Shown piece after piece: positions 42,319-54,872 of a DNA stretch of 64,000 bases (its first letter is position 1; every line of letters starts with the position of its first letter). This stretch comes from the human T2T-CHM13v2.0 reference genome, Homo sapiens. The notes under the pieces were generated by a model. It saw only the letters and a program-made list of their open reading frames with translations. It was not told the DNA's origin and searched no databases. Location of the stretch: NCBI RefSeq assembly GCF_009914755.1, contig NC_060945.1. One strand, written 5' to 3'. Made by a program: the position numbers and the translations under genes.

Positions 42319-42869
42319 GGGACTATGTTTTTAGTGAGGTCCATTTTCATGCTCCCTTAAGCCTTCCTGAGGGGCCTGTGGGTTGCCTAATTTAAAGAAA
42401 AAAAAAAGAGGAATTTCATTTGCATAACGGCATAATGCAGTAATTCACCATGTGGTTTTATCATAGCAGCTGTGAGATGAGCCGGGTCTGGGGTCAGTGG
42501 GATGACAAATATGTGAGTTCATCACAAACAACAACATGGTAAGGGCAAGTTTTAATCAGGCCAAAGGCGATTGTGCACTGAGACTGGATTTCAAACAACT
42601 AACACCAGGCCTAAACATGAACACCAAGGCATCATCTGTATTAAAACAATATACGCTATCCCAGCCATACTACAAGGGTGTCTCCGTCCCTACATCTTCT
42701 CCAACGAGCTGTGTTATCTTTGATTCATGCCAATCTGACACATGAACAACAGTATTCTGATGTGGTCTAAATCTGCAGGAATCTTAATTTGAGTGAGAAG
42801 GAATATTTCTCATGTGTCTAGGAGCTCTTTGTGCTTGGAGGAATGGCAGACACTATGTGTGTATGTGTA

Positions 42870-42900
<31 letters not shown>

Positions 42901-43379
42901 CCTTTCCTTGTTTTCCATTTTATTATAAATATTTTCTCATAGCTTTGTTAGCAAAATTAACCCATTGATCATGATAAAAAAATGCAACTTTTTTTGCAAG
43001 ATTGTCATTTGTCTTTTGAATTTGTGAAGGTTTTCCCAATTCAGAGCTCTATCTAGTCACTTTTATTAGTCTAGGTCTTGTGGAACACTTTAAAAAGAAT
43101 TCGGCATTCTTTTGTTTTCTTTTAATGTTTTCTGTATTGTTTTCTTTTTAATATATTGAGCTATTGAAGATTAGTTTTCCACTATTAATTTTTTCAAATA
43201 CAATCAAGTCATCTTTGTATCCCTTAATTAATAATTATTGTTTTCCTTGCTAATTTAAAAGAGCATCTTTAAATATTTAGATCTGATTGGATCTATTTAT
43301 GGGCCTCTTCCATTTATGTCTTAGCTAAGACCAACATCACTGATTTAATTATTGTATTTTTATGTAAGAAATTTTTTTC

Positions 43380-43404
43380 CAGATGAGATTGGTCATGTTC
43401 AGGG
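43380..43404 (-). pseudogene. Short 5S rRNA-derived fragment
   Basis: cagatgagattggtcatgttcaggg versus 5S reverse complement CAGACGAGATCGGGCGCGTTCAGGG: 20/25, with 4 of the 5 mismatches being CpG transitions. Confidence 0.6.
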
Positions 43405-43408
43405 AGGG

Positions 43409-44040
43409 AAAAAAAAAACAAAAAACGAAATCATATCCTTTTCAGTAACATGGATGCATCTGTAAACCAGTATCCTAAGTGAACTAACACAGAAACAGAA
43501 AACCCAAGTGCTGCATGTCCTCACTTATAAGTGGAGCTAAACATTGGATACACATGGTCAAAAAAAATGGGCACTAGAGACCTGGGGGAATACACAAGGA
43601 GGAAGAGAGTGAGGAAGGGATGAAAGAAACTAGGTACTGGGTACTGTACTCACTACCTGGGTGACAGATTCATCTGTACTCAAACCCTCAGCATCATGCA
43701 ATCTATTTTTGTAACAACCCTGCACATGTACCCCCTGATTCCAAAATAAAAGTTGAAAAAAGAAAAGGAATATTTTTGTTTCCAGAAAGCTTCTTTATTC
43801 CTCTCTTCAAAAAGCTATGAGAATGCAAAGGCATAAGAATGATATCATGGACTTTGGGGACTTGACAGAAAGGATAGGAGGGGGTGAGAGATAAAAGACT
43901 ACACATTGGGTACAGTGTACACTGCTCAGGTGACAGGTACACCAAAATCTCAGAAGTCACCACTAAAGAACTTATCCATGTAACCAAAAACCACCTGTTC
44001 CTCAAAAACTATTGAAATAAAATTTTAAAAAGTAAAATAA
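43409..44040 (+). mobile_element. Two tandem L1 3' ends (L1PA15/16-like ~43420-43765; L1PB-like ~43805-44040)
   Basis: ctgcacatgtaccccctgattccaaaataaaagttg; cacattgggtacagtgtacactgctcaggtga. Confidence 0.85.
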
Positions 44041-45412
44041 AATTTGCAGAGCATCATTAAAAATGATATTATATCTTTATTGATATAGTATTAAATGTAT
44101 AGATTAATGAAGGGAGACTTGCCAATTCTATAAAGTTGTCTTTTCTTGTTCGGGCAGAATATGTTTTTCCTTGACCAAGTCTACATGTGGTAATACTTCA
44201 TAGTGCTTTAACATTTTCTTCATCATGGTCTTCAACATTCCTTACTAAGTTTACCCCAAGTTATGTCATGTTTTTGTTGATATTACAAGTGTGCCGTTTC
44301 TTTCACTAGAATGTCCCATTGCTTGTGTATAAGACATCAATTGATGTTTGTGTATTTCATAGTCATATCCTGACACTTTCTGGATTCTTTTATTATAATT
44401 GTTTTTCAAGTAGTTCCTTTCAGTTTTTCATGTTTTTCTATAATGAAAATGTTGTTTTATCCTTTTGTTTCTCTCTCCCTTCTGATTGCATTGAATATTA
44501 GCTCCAGATTAAGAAAAATAAGAGTGAAAACATTTAGCATTATTTTGTCTTCCTGTTGATTTATGGGGATGCTTCCAGGGCTTTCCTAAGAAACATTAAA
44601 GTGACTTTGGGATGAAGATGTGCATTTTAAAAATATTTTAATATGAACATTTTAAAACATACAAAAATAATATATACATACACACACATATATATATAAA
44701 TTTGTTGAATTAGTCAAAAAAATACAGAAATCGTAAATCTCCAAAAAATAAGATTATTCTTCTACATATACACAAAATGACTATCATGCATTAAAAAGTT
44801 AATAATGATTCTATTATAACATGCAGCTCGTTTTAATATGTATTCAACTAATTCAAAACATGGCTTTTATAGCTGATTTTTTTCAAATCAGGAACCAATT
44901 AGTTCACAGATTGCATGTACTTGATATATGTTATGTTGGATATATTTCATTATTGATGAGAAACTATGTACTTACTTTTTTCTTATTAATAGTTGTTAAA
45001 TTTATCAACTTTTTCAGCATTTAAGGAGAGGTTTATAAATTTTTCTTTTTTTCTCGATAATGTGTATTATCTTATTGTTAAAAGATGTCCAAGTATTGAA
45101 GGAATTTGCCCTCTGGGAATAAAGCTCTTGGTGTTACTTTGTCAGTGTATTGCTGGATATTTTTACTAAGTGAGATTTGCCTGTGCTTTTTGCTTTTCAT
45201 CCTTTTTTTTTAACCTTTGATAGCAAAACTATGTTTATGTCATTTTTAGAAAAGTAAGATCATGTCCTTTTCCTAGGCCCTGAAATAGTTTAAATAGCAC
45301 TGCAGTCAGTTCAGCTTCCAGGATGGTGGTGAACCACCCCCACAAACCAACCCCTCTGTTAATACCCACAAACACGAGGAGAATGCACATTGTGTTTTCT
45401 CTCCACTCTGTA

Positions 45413-46208
45413 CAGGAAGTCCTCCCTTAATGTCATCAATTGGTTCTTAGAAACTGCGATTTTGAGCAAAATGACATATAAAGAAAATAGGTTTTTTTCT
45501 CATCAACATTATAACAAAATCACATTATTATTATTATTTTCTTTTTTTTTAATTTTACTTTAAGTTCTGGGATACATGTGCAGAACACGTAGGTTTGTTA
45601 CACAGGTATACATATGCCATGGTGGTTTGCTGCACTTATCAACCCGTCATCTAGGTTTTAAGCCCCTCATGCGTTAGGTATTTGTCCTAATCCTCTCCCT
45701 TCCCTTGTCCCCCACCCCCTGACAGGCCCCAGTGTGTGATGTTCCCCTCCCTGTGTCCGTGTGTTCTCATGGTTCAATTCCCACTTATAAGTGAGAACAT
45801 GTGGTGGTTTTCTGTTCCTGTACTACTTTGCTAAGAATGATGGCTTCCAGCTTCATCCATGTGCCTGCAAAAGACATAACCACATTCCTTTTTTACGGCT
45901 GCATAGTATTCCATGGTGTATACCTGCCACATTTTCTTTATCCAGTCTATGATTGATGGGCATTTGGGTTGGTTCCAAGTCTTTGCTATTGTGAACAGTG
46001 CTGCAATAAACATATGTATGCATGTGTCTTCATAGTGGAATGATTTATAATCCTTTGGGTATATATCCAGTAATGGAATTGCTGGGCCAAATGGTATTTC
46101 TGGTTCTAGATCCTTGAGGAATTGCAAGATGCCATTATTTAAGGACCTGGTCATTTTGCTTAAAGTCACAGTTTCCAAGAATCTATCGATGACTTTGAGG
46201 ATTCATTG
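45413..46208. mobile_element. MER6-like TcMar-Tigger MITE split by an L1
   Basis: ~60-bp inverted ends (tacaggaagtcctccc...ttcttagaaactgcg and cagtttccaagaatctatcgatgactttgaggattcattgta) with TA flanks. Confidence 0.7.
45530..46128 (-). mobile_element. 5'-truncated L1PA7/8-like
   Basis: gccatggtggtttgctgcac...catctaggttttaagcccc 3'UTR; cattatt at both flanks. Confidence 0.9.
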
Positions 46209-49200
46209 TATTACTTTCAGTTTCTGCTACACTCTCTTATTATCTCTTCCCTGAGCTTCTGCATTCCTATATATATTTTTTTAGTTTTGCTTTTTGTTGT
46301 GATAATTAAGATTTCATACATTTTCTGAAGATATTTTTAGCCTCGGTTTCTATGAGTTTCATGAAATCTTTCTTCTGGTGAGTGTTCTTGACCTGCCATT
46401 TTCTCTTACTTATTCTTGAAATACCTTTAGATAGATCTTATGGTGTTTATTTTTTATTAATCCTCTTGAATAAGGTGAATCCTTTCTGGACCACCTATTA
46501 GTAGGAGTTTCCTGTAGAGAGGGGTCCAGACTGTGTTTCAGGCCAGGAAGGATTTTTCTTCCTATGTGGGGTTATGAAAGTGGATTAATTATTTTAACTA
46601 TTGCTTTTCCGCAGCCAGTGGTGATCAGAAGCTACAGACTGATCAAAGGAAAGAGACATTTCTTCTTTCTGGTACCCTTTCTCCCTGTCCCTTCAGCTGC
46701 TTGCAATTCTCCCACCTTTGGCCTTCCCAGGGACTCCTACTAAGTAGGTTTCTGAATGTACCAACTATGGGATTTGGAATAAGTCACCTACTTGGGCCTA
46801 GAATGAAGTTCTGACCCTCACATGTTGCATTTGTGTCCTGAAGAAAGGAGAAAAAAGACAGAAAACAATATTTATTAACCCCCTGACCCCATGTGTGCCA
46901 GGCACTCTGATAGGCTCTTTGTATATATTAACACATGGAATTCTGGAAACAATTGGAAAAAATTTCAAGAATAATCATTATTGTACCAATTTTTCAGATG
47001 GACAACTTGAAGCAAAGTGGAGTAAGTTCCTCAGCCATGATTGTAGAGCCAGTGAGTGCTGCAGTGGGATTCTGATGACTGCAAGGTCCAAGCTCTTGAT
47101 GCTATCTCCTGGGTTTCTTCATTGCTTCCCAAGTCTAAGCTGCTGTCATTTAGACAAAGATTCTCTGATTACAATGACAGTCAGAAAGAGGTTCCTGTTG
47201 CCCCACCTCCAACAGTGGCCCATGTCCTTCTGTTCCTCTTTGCCTGTCTTCTCCATTTGCCAGTCCCCAAACTGCCATCAGCTTGCTCAGTGGAATTGGC
47301 TGTCTGCATTGGTCCTTTTCTGATTAGAGCATTGCTCAGTGCTCCTCCTAGGAGCCTGTGCCCCGATTTGCCAGTGGCTTTTTTTTTTTTTTTTTAATTC
47401 AAGCCTTCTTTGCCATGAGCCCAAAAGTGCCTTCTAACTGGAGTTTGAGAATCAAGTAGAAATGAGCTATATGATCTGACAGCTTTTGCTACCTGGCTTC
47501 CCATCACTTTGCTCCACTGACCTGGAGCGCAAGCACACACTATTGCCCAACTATAATAAAGATGATTATATTTGTTGGGAGCAAAACTCTAGAACAGGAG
47601 AAGTGGGCCAGGCTCATGATGTAAGCTCAGGCCTTGAATTCAGAGAGCCCTGTTCAGTTATCCTTCTCGGTAGGCAAATAATTGTCAGCATATCCTCCTG
47701 AACTAGGCTATTTCCTCATAAACAGGGCTGAAACATTTGTCTCCCTGCCCATGAGGTTGTTGTGAGTCTCAGAAAGAGAATTAAGATGAGAAAACATTCT
47801 GCAAATTATAATGTACTTACTAAATGCCCTCTGTTACTAATAGTCTTATTGCAACTGATATTAGTAGGATAAGTGGGTAGTGAAGGAGTGCTGCATGAGT
47901 TATGTCAAACAATAGCTTCCAAGAGAGGACGTCTTGCTTGCTATTCAGTAGAACAGGGCAGTTGTGTGGGTGGCTTCTGCAGTCAGAGCATCTAGTTTGA
48001 CTACAACTAGCAACACCCCTTCTTATCTATGTGATTTTCAATTAGCTTTAGAAATTGCACTAGTTTATTGGGAAATTGAGGTAAGGACCAAGACAGACAA
48101 ACCTTCTATGATACTCATCATGATGCCTGATCAATGAATATTGGCTGCTATCGTTATGCTGTTATGTGTGACTGAACTGAGTCAATTAATTAATAGAATT
48201 AGAATGGCCCTTAGACACCTCTCCCTTCTTTATAAGATGAGGTCTCAAGCCACACAGGTCCAGAAACTTAACCTTAATGGACCCATTCTCACTAATTAAA
48301 CTGACAGGAGATCAATGCAAAACCAGGATGTAAAATTCTTAAGCAGCACTGGGGACTGAGACCGGTTAACATATGGCAAAGCTTAGTAACCCTATTTGGA
48401 GGCTGCCTCGAGGCACACAGGAAGGGAGGGTGATTAAAAGGCTGGAGAAAGCTTCAGGGCTGAGAAGAGAAGAAGGGAGATTCCTTCGGCTCTCCCTTTG
48501 TCTCTCTAGGTATGCAAATGCCCCCAAAACTAAGGATTAAAAGGACTGAGTTTCCAAAACACAAGTCCTTGGCTAGCATTTCCCATAAGACACAGATCAA
48601 TCTTCACAGCACAACTGTATCAGAGGCTCATGCCTCTGTCCAGAGCTACTTCCAATTTCATGCCCAGGTTTTCTTCATTTCATTGAAACTCTTGGTCATT
48701 CACAGAGGCTTGTTTTGGAGCCATTTTGCAGAAGCCTCTGAGAACAATGCAATTTCTAGTGTCTTGGTGCTAGACAGGGTCCCTTATATCCACCCTGATT
48801 ATAGCAGGAAAAAGAGACCCTTGATTTTTGACACTCTTTTGTTCTTCCTCTGACTCTTGAACACATGGGCAATTTACCCCCATTCTTTTTTCTAAGAACA
48901 TTTTTCAGTATAAATTGTGGCATGGAAAATGGTATGTTTCTTCTGGTTCCAGATAAGGAAAGCTGTAAATAATTTAAAGTTCCTGCTGTGCAAAATTACC
49001 CAAACAGAAAGTACACTTTTTTATGCTGGCACTGAGGATGGTAAAACAAGAAATTGTGCCAATTTTCCTACAGGTGAAATTTTAGCTTCTTTATAACATA
49101 AGCACTTTGACTCTGAAAAAAGTAACATAATGAGATTTTGTGCAAGGTGTGCCAGAATTAATATAGGGCTATAGAAATAATAGCCCAAATTTACCTTTCA

Positions 49201-50139
49201 TCCACACACAAAGACACAAAATTACTGAAAGTTTGTGCTGAGAGCATTAAGCCACACCCCAGGGCTCAAAGATTGTGTCCCCTAATAGCATTTATGTTGC
49301 CACAAATGTCAGTGTCAGCACTTCAAACTTATGCGAAAGCTATTATTTTGTGGCATAAAATTCTGATGTATATGTTATTTGAATCTCTATAAGCCACTAT
49401 AATTTGAAGCATCAATGTGACCTATTTTTCCCCTCTTGATTAACAGGTCATCATAAAATGGGTTGTGTCTATTTTCACCTGGCCCACTGTGTGTTGTGAG
49501 TGCCACCAGAGCTATCTTGCTGTACCTCCACAGATTGTAGGATTTTCTTCCTTTATGTTGAATTTAGCACTGAAACTGACAAAGTTTCATTCTCAAGAAT
49601 GAAAAGGTCACGGAGAAGAGGAGGAGAGAAGCCACTTTGCTGGACTTTCCTCCTTGGGACACTTGTGCTGAGGGCATGTGATGGAAAGAGAAATGGACTT
49701 CTGGTCTCCAGTTTGGGTGCCATATACAATGAGGGCTGCTTCTCTGGTCACCAGAACAGTGACTTCTGCACACGCTCAGCCATCCCAGAGCTTGTCCCTA
49801 ACGATCCAGGAAGGGATGGGGCATTGGGCTCTATGAAGACTAAGCACAAGCACTAGTAGGCAGGAGCCAAATATACTTAAGAATCATAATAAAATGTATC
49901 TATGGACAGCTACTAAATATAATAAAAATGTAGTGTACGACTGGAGTTTGTTTCTGGCGATAGTGATCAACTCCTCTCACCAGAGGGCTGGGTACATCAG
50001 GTGTCAAAAGTTCAGTCTGTTACTTCCCCAACTCTAGTCTTTTGCCAGGTTTCTGGCTGCTGTACGGTTCTGAGCAAATGTCAAAAGGCCAGAAGGATGA
50101 GTCTCCACAGGGGTTAATGAGTTTAGATGATGGCTTTCA

Positions 50140-50525
50140 GAAAGAAACAGAAAGAAAAAGGAAGGAAAGAAAGAAGGAAGGAAGAACGGAAGGGAGGAAG
50201 GAAGGAAGGAGGGAGAAAAGATAGGAAGGAGAGAGTGAAGGAAGGAAGAAACAGAAGGAAGGAATTAAAGAGAGAGAAGATAGGAGGGAGGGAGGGAGGA
50301 AGGGAGGAATGGAAGGAGAGAGGGAGGGAAGGAAGGCAAAAAGATAGGAAGGAGAGAGGAAGGGAGGAAAGAAATGGAAGGAATTAAAGAGAGAGAAGTT
50401 AGGAAGGAGGGAGGGAGGAAAGATACAGAAGGAAGGAATTAAAGAGAGAGAAGATAGGAAGGAGGGAGGGAGGGAAGAAGGAAGAAAGGAAAGGAGGAAA
50501 GAGGGAGGGAGGGAGAAAGAAAAAA
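50140..50525. repeat. Homopurine GA-rich low-complexity tract with higher-order repeats
   Basis: GGAA/GGGA runs; block ggaattaaagagagagaag at ~50261, ~50380 and ~50435. Confidence 0.92.
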
Positions 50526-51079
50526 AATTTTAAAACACTGCATCCTATAAAATGGTCTCCACAGTTGCATGGGAGGGGTGTCACAGGCTTCCCTGACTGT
50601 TGGAGACAAAAGAATAAATCTTCAGGTATTTTACCTGCAAAGATCCCCCTTTGCTCAAGGTCCTCTTGTCTGCCAAGTGTGTTGGTCAGCAACTGGCATC
50701 CAGGCATCTGCTTGATGTGTTTGTTTCACCTTCACATGTCTGTTCTGACAGTGTATCTTCAGCGGGCCTTTCCATGGACCTTGAAAGCCCTAGGTTTTTC
50801 CCTGATGAGCTTATAACATTTTGTTGTTGCCACCTTCTTTCAATTCTTCCTTCTTTATTAAACTATAAATTCTATGGGGAAAGGGTTTCTATCTGTCACA
50901 TTCACAGTTGTATGCCTTGAGCCTACTGGTCAACCCTCAGCAACACTTGTTGAATAAATGAGCCCAAGATATCTCATTGTACTCCTTTAGGCTCATCTAC
51001 AGGCAGGTTCTATATTCTGAGATGAAAGAGGATATTGTATTTCTTTCCTAGATTCTTCCTGGGTTGGCCGTATACCCAG

Positions 51080-51523
51080 TGCTATAGTTTGGATGTTTGT
51101 CCCCTTCAAACCTCAAGTTGAAATTTGATCTCCAGTGTTGGTGGTGCCTAATGGGAGGGCTTTGGGTTATGGGGTGGACCTCTAAAGAGTACATTAATGC
51201 CCCTTCTGGGACAGGTTGGGGGTGGGAGGAAGGGGAGAGTGAATTCTAGCTCTATTTGTTCCCATGAGAGCTGGTTGTTAAAAAGAGTCTCTCATCTTCC
51301 CCCTTCTCCTGATTCTTCTCTCACCGTGTGATCTCTACATACACCAGCTGCCCTTTGCCTTCTGCCATGATTGAAAGCAGGTGAGACCCTCACCAGAAGC
51401 TAAGCAGATGCTGGCGCTCTGCTACTTGCACAGCCTGCAGAACTGTGAGCCAAATAAACTCTTTTCCTGATAAATTATCTAGCCTTAGGTATTCCGTTAT
51501 AGCAATATAAATGGACTAAGACA
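51080..51523 (+). mobile_element. MSTB/MSTC-like solo LTR
   Basis: tgctatagtttggatgtttgtcccc...ggactaagaca; flanks cccag/ctcag. Confidence 0.88.
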
Positions 51524-53591
51524 CTCAGCTATCACAAATATGACTTGGCTTGGGCACTCAGGATCTTGAGAAAAGGCTGTTGATCAAGTCATAGAGGGGC
51601 TTCCTCAGTTCTCTGCCCCTGACAACTTACTTAGCCTTGGGTCCCAAGTGCTGTAAGTTTATCCTAGGTGGAATGGAGATCCTTGAAGCTATGTCACCTA
51701 ACAATGATTTCAGGCAGGGCTATGTCCACTGCCCTTGGAAAAATGGAACCTTGAGTCTAAACTTTTCCATAGAACACACTTCACCTTCCAACCTAAAACA
51801 ATGGAAGTTTTCCAGTTGGAAATTATCCCAGAGGCTGATGTACAGATTTCCCTTTCAGTATCTTTTCTGCCACTAATGGATTAGAAGTTCCCAGGACTTT
51901 GATTGTCCTAAGTTGTATAGTTATGGGGCAGTTACAAGTGTGATAAATACCATGTGATGATAATGGGTATATGATCTTCCCTGAGCTTCAGATCAAAATG
52001 GGTAAACTTTGAAAATATCTACTTATTACCTAAAAAAAAATCTAGGATGAGTTTCTTGTTACATGACAGAATCACAGAATAGACTGCTTGATAGCCAGTC
52101 TTTACAATTTACTGTAATTGTCTCTGTCAATCTCTGGAGAAAAGGGGACGTGGCACCCTGGCTGAGTCTGAAAGTCTGTTTTGTTACCAAATTCCTGACA
52201 AATGGACTTGGAGTGAATGCCCCCTCTCATTGGGATGTTTTGCATGGACAACAGGATTCAAACTTGGCGTCTGGTATCTTATCATCACTTTCTCCCCAGC
52301 GAACATTTAATCCTTCAAGTCAGAGAGTAAGTAATATATTTAACATGTCTCACCTTCAAGCTTTATTTCATAAATTATAAACACCTGCTTTTTAGTGACT
52401 GCTACTTAGTCTCTTTTATTGTACCAATTGTTTTTTCCATCATAAATAATTCAGGACATATTTATCCCAAAATAGTGCAATTTGAAGGAATCATAGAATA
52501 GCTTTCCCTTAATTTTTAGCATCCTTGTTAATAATACCCAATGCCAAGAGTGTGCTACAACTGTCCTTGCCTGACTCTGCAGATAGAGCTGCTGACTGTG
52601 GGCTATACATGGCAGTGGCAGAAAGAATCCAATCCACACAGATGTCTTTCCTTTCTATACTCAGGACAGGCTGCCACGATAAGGACACAGAGCTGCCATG
52701 CACAATGAGTGCATGCACTCATGCACACGTGACAACCCCCTGGAGACTGATTTAGAGGGACCTGAGATGTAGATCCACCCCTGATTTGCCTCAGGGTCAA
52801 ATTCCCATCCTAACATAACCTCTTGGTGGGGATATTGACTCTTCAAAGCAGAACGGTGTGAGAAGTATCTTAATCAATAGCTCTACCAACTCAGCAGGAT
52901 TTCTTGATTACATTTGTGGGCATAATCCTAATGGGATATGACACAGGAATGCTTCCTGCTTTCTGGACAAGCAGCAGTGCTGGTCTTCTATATGACAGGA
53001 GAATCCACCTCACATGGGGTAGTCACAGAAGGAGAAGAAAAGGTAGTCAAGATCCTTTAAGTCATCCTTAAGGACCCTGGACCCTTGGAAACTGTCAGAT
53101 ATAGGAACATATTTTTGTGTTTCTGAAGTTGAGGCTTTCTGAATATATTTGTCTGCAAATTCAGGAACCTGGGCTCACAGAAAGCCTTGTGAAATTAATT
53201 TACAGCTGCATAAAGAGTGAAAGAACTCCAGAGAGATCTACCTTTCTCTGGGGGCATATGTTTACATTTCATGGGAAAATGAGCCCTGTGAACTTGAAGG
53301 CACCTCTAGCTTATAGAAGTGGACATGAGGGCCTACCTGGCCCTAGAAAAGATGTATTTACATTCCAATAGGTTAGAGTGAGAATCCAGGATCCTTTCTC
53401 TTGTATCTCCAAGGAACAAAGGTTTTTTTCATCCTCCTTTTGGGAGGTTTGAGAAGGTGGCTGACTCTTCCTCCTCTAGATAAGGAGATAAAACCTGTTC
53501 CTAAACTATGATGTAGACTTTGACATTTGCATGTGTAGGACATTTGTCTCAGCTTTTATCATTCTTAACCCCAGGGTTAAGAATCAGGGTG

Positions 53592-54293
53592 TGAGCCAGT
53601 TAGAATAGCAATCATTAAAAAGTCAGGAAACAACAAGTGCCGCAGAGGATGTGGAGAAATAGGAACACTTTTACACTGTTGGTGGGACTGTAAACTAGTT
53701 CAAACATTGTGGAAGTCAGTGTGGTGATCCCTCAGGGATCTAGAACTAGAAATACCATTTGACCCAGCAATCCCATTACTGGGTATATACCCAAAGGATT
53801 ATAAATCATGCTGCTATGAAGACACATGCACACATATGTTTATTGCGCCACTATTCACAATAGCAAAGACTTGGAACCAAGCCAAATGTCCAACAATGAT
53901 AGACTGGGTTAAGAAAATGTGGCACATATACACCATGGAATACTATGCAGCCATAAAAAAGGATGAGTTCATGTCCTTTGTAGGGACATGGATGAAGCTG
54001 GAAACCATCATTCTCAGCAAACTATCACAAGGACAAAAAACCAAACACCACATGTTCTCTCTCATAGGTGGGAATTGAACAATGAGAACACATGGACACA
54101 GGAAGGGGAACATCACATACCAGGGCTTGTTGTGGGGTGGGGGGAGGGGGGAGGGAGAGCATTAGGAGATATGCCTAATGTTAAATGATGAGTTACTGGG
54201 TGCAGCACACCAACATGGCACATGTATACATATGTAACTAACCTGCACATTGTGCACATGTACCCTAAAACTTAAAGCATGGAAAAAAAAAAA
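53592..54293 (+). mobile_element. 5'-truncated young L1PA (PA3/4-like), ~700 bp
   Basis: L1 ORF2 end plus 3'UTR and poly(A); exact TSD aagaatcagggtg at 53579-53591 and 54294-54306. Confidence 0.95.
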
Positions 54294-54620
54294 AAGAATC
54301 AGGGTGGGAGGATCCATGTGGTCATTATTATTTGCTTTTTAAATAAATAATGATCATCTCTCTGTAATCTAGAACACCAAATGTTCACAATCAGGATAAA
54401 ATTATAAAGATGAATATTAAAAACCCAACAGAAATTCAAAGGGAAAAAAAATTAGTCTACATTTGTTTCTATTTCAGCTTTGTTTGTGGCCAGTCAAGAA
54501 GGAGGGTTCGAAGAGAGGTAATAGGGTAAATGGAGGGGTGGGGATTTGCCTTTAATTTATTTTTGCTGTTGGAGCTAGTTTTTTGCCAAATAAATGGGGT
54601 TGAATTGGAGTCTGTTAAAT

Positions 54621-54872
54621 CAGGGTTTCTCAGCCTCAACACTACTGACAATGTGGGTGATAGCTCTTTATTGTGGGGGTTGTCCTGTGCATAACAGGAG
54701 GTTCAGCAGCAACCCTGGCCTCAACACACTCAATGCCAATACAACAACACCACCCCACTTTTGGTAACAACCAAAAGTCCACACCACCCCACTTTTGGTA
54801 ACAACCAAAAGTGTATCCACACATGGCCAAATGCCCAATAGGGGGCAAAATCACCCCTGTTGAGAACTACTG
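54621..54872 (-). mobile_element. MER20 hAT-Charlie DNA transposon
   Basis: TIRs cagggtttctca / tgagaactactg; 8-bp TSD tgttaaat / tcttaaat; gggggcaaaatcacccc. Confidence 0.9.

Noticed and set aside
41365-42640. Possible old LTR hosting the L1 at 41629
   Set aside because: It looks LTR-like, but I could not assign a family, termini or TSD with confidence
50042-50707. K/R/E/G-rich and F/P/S-rich ORFs
   Set aside because: Translations of the GA-rich simple repeat
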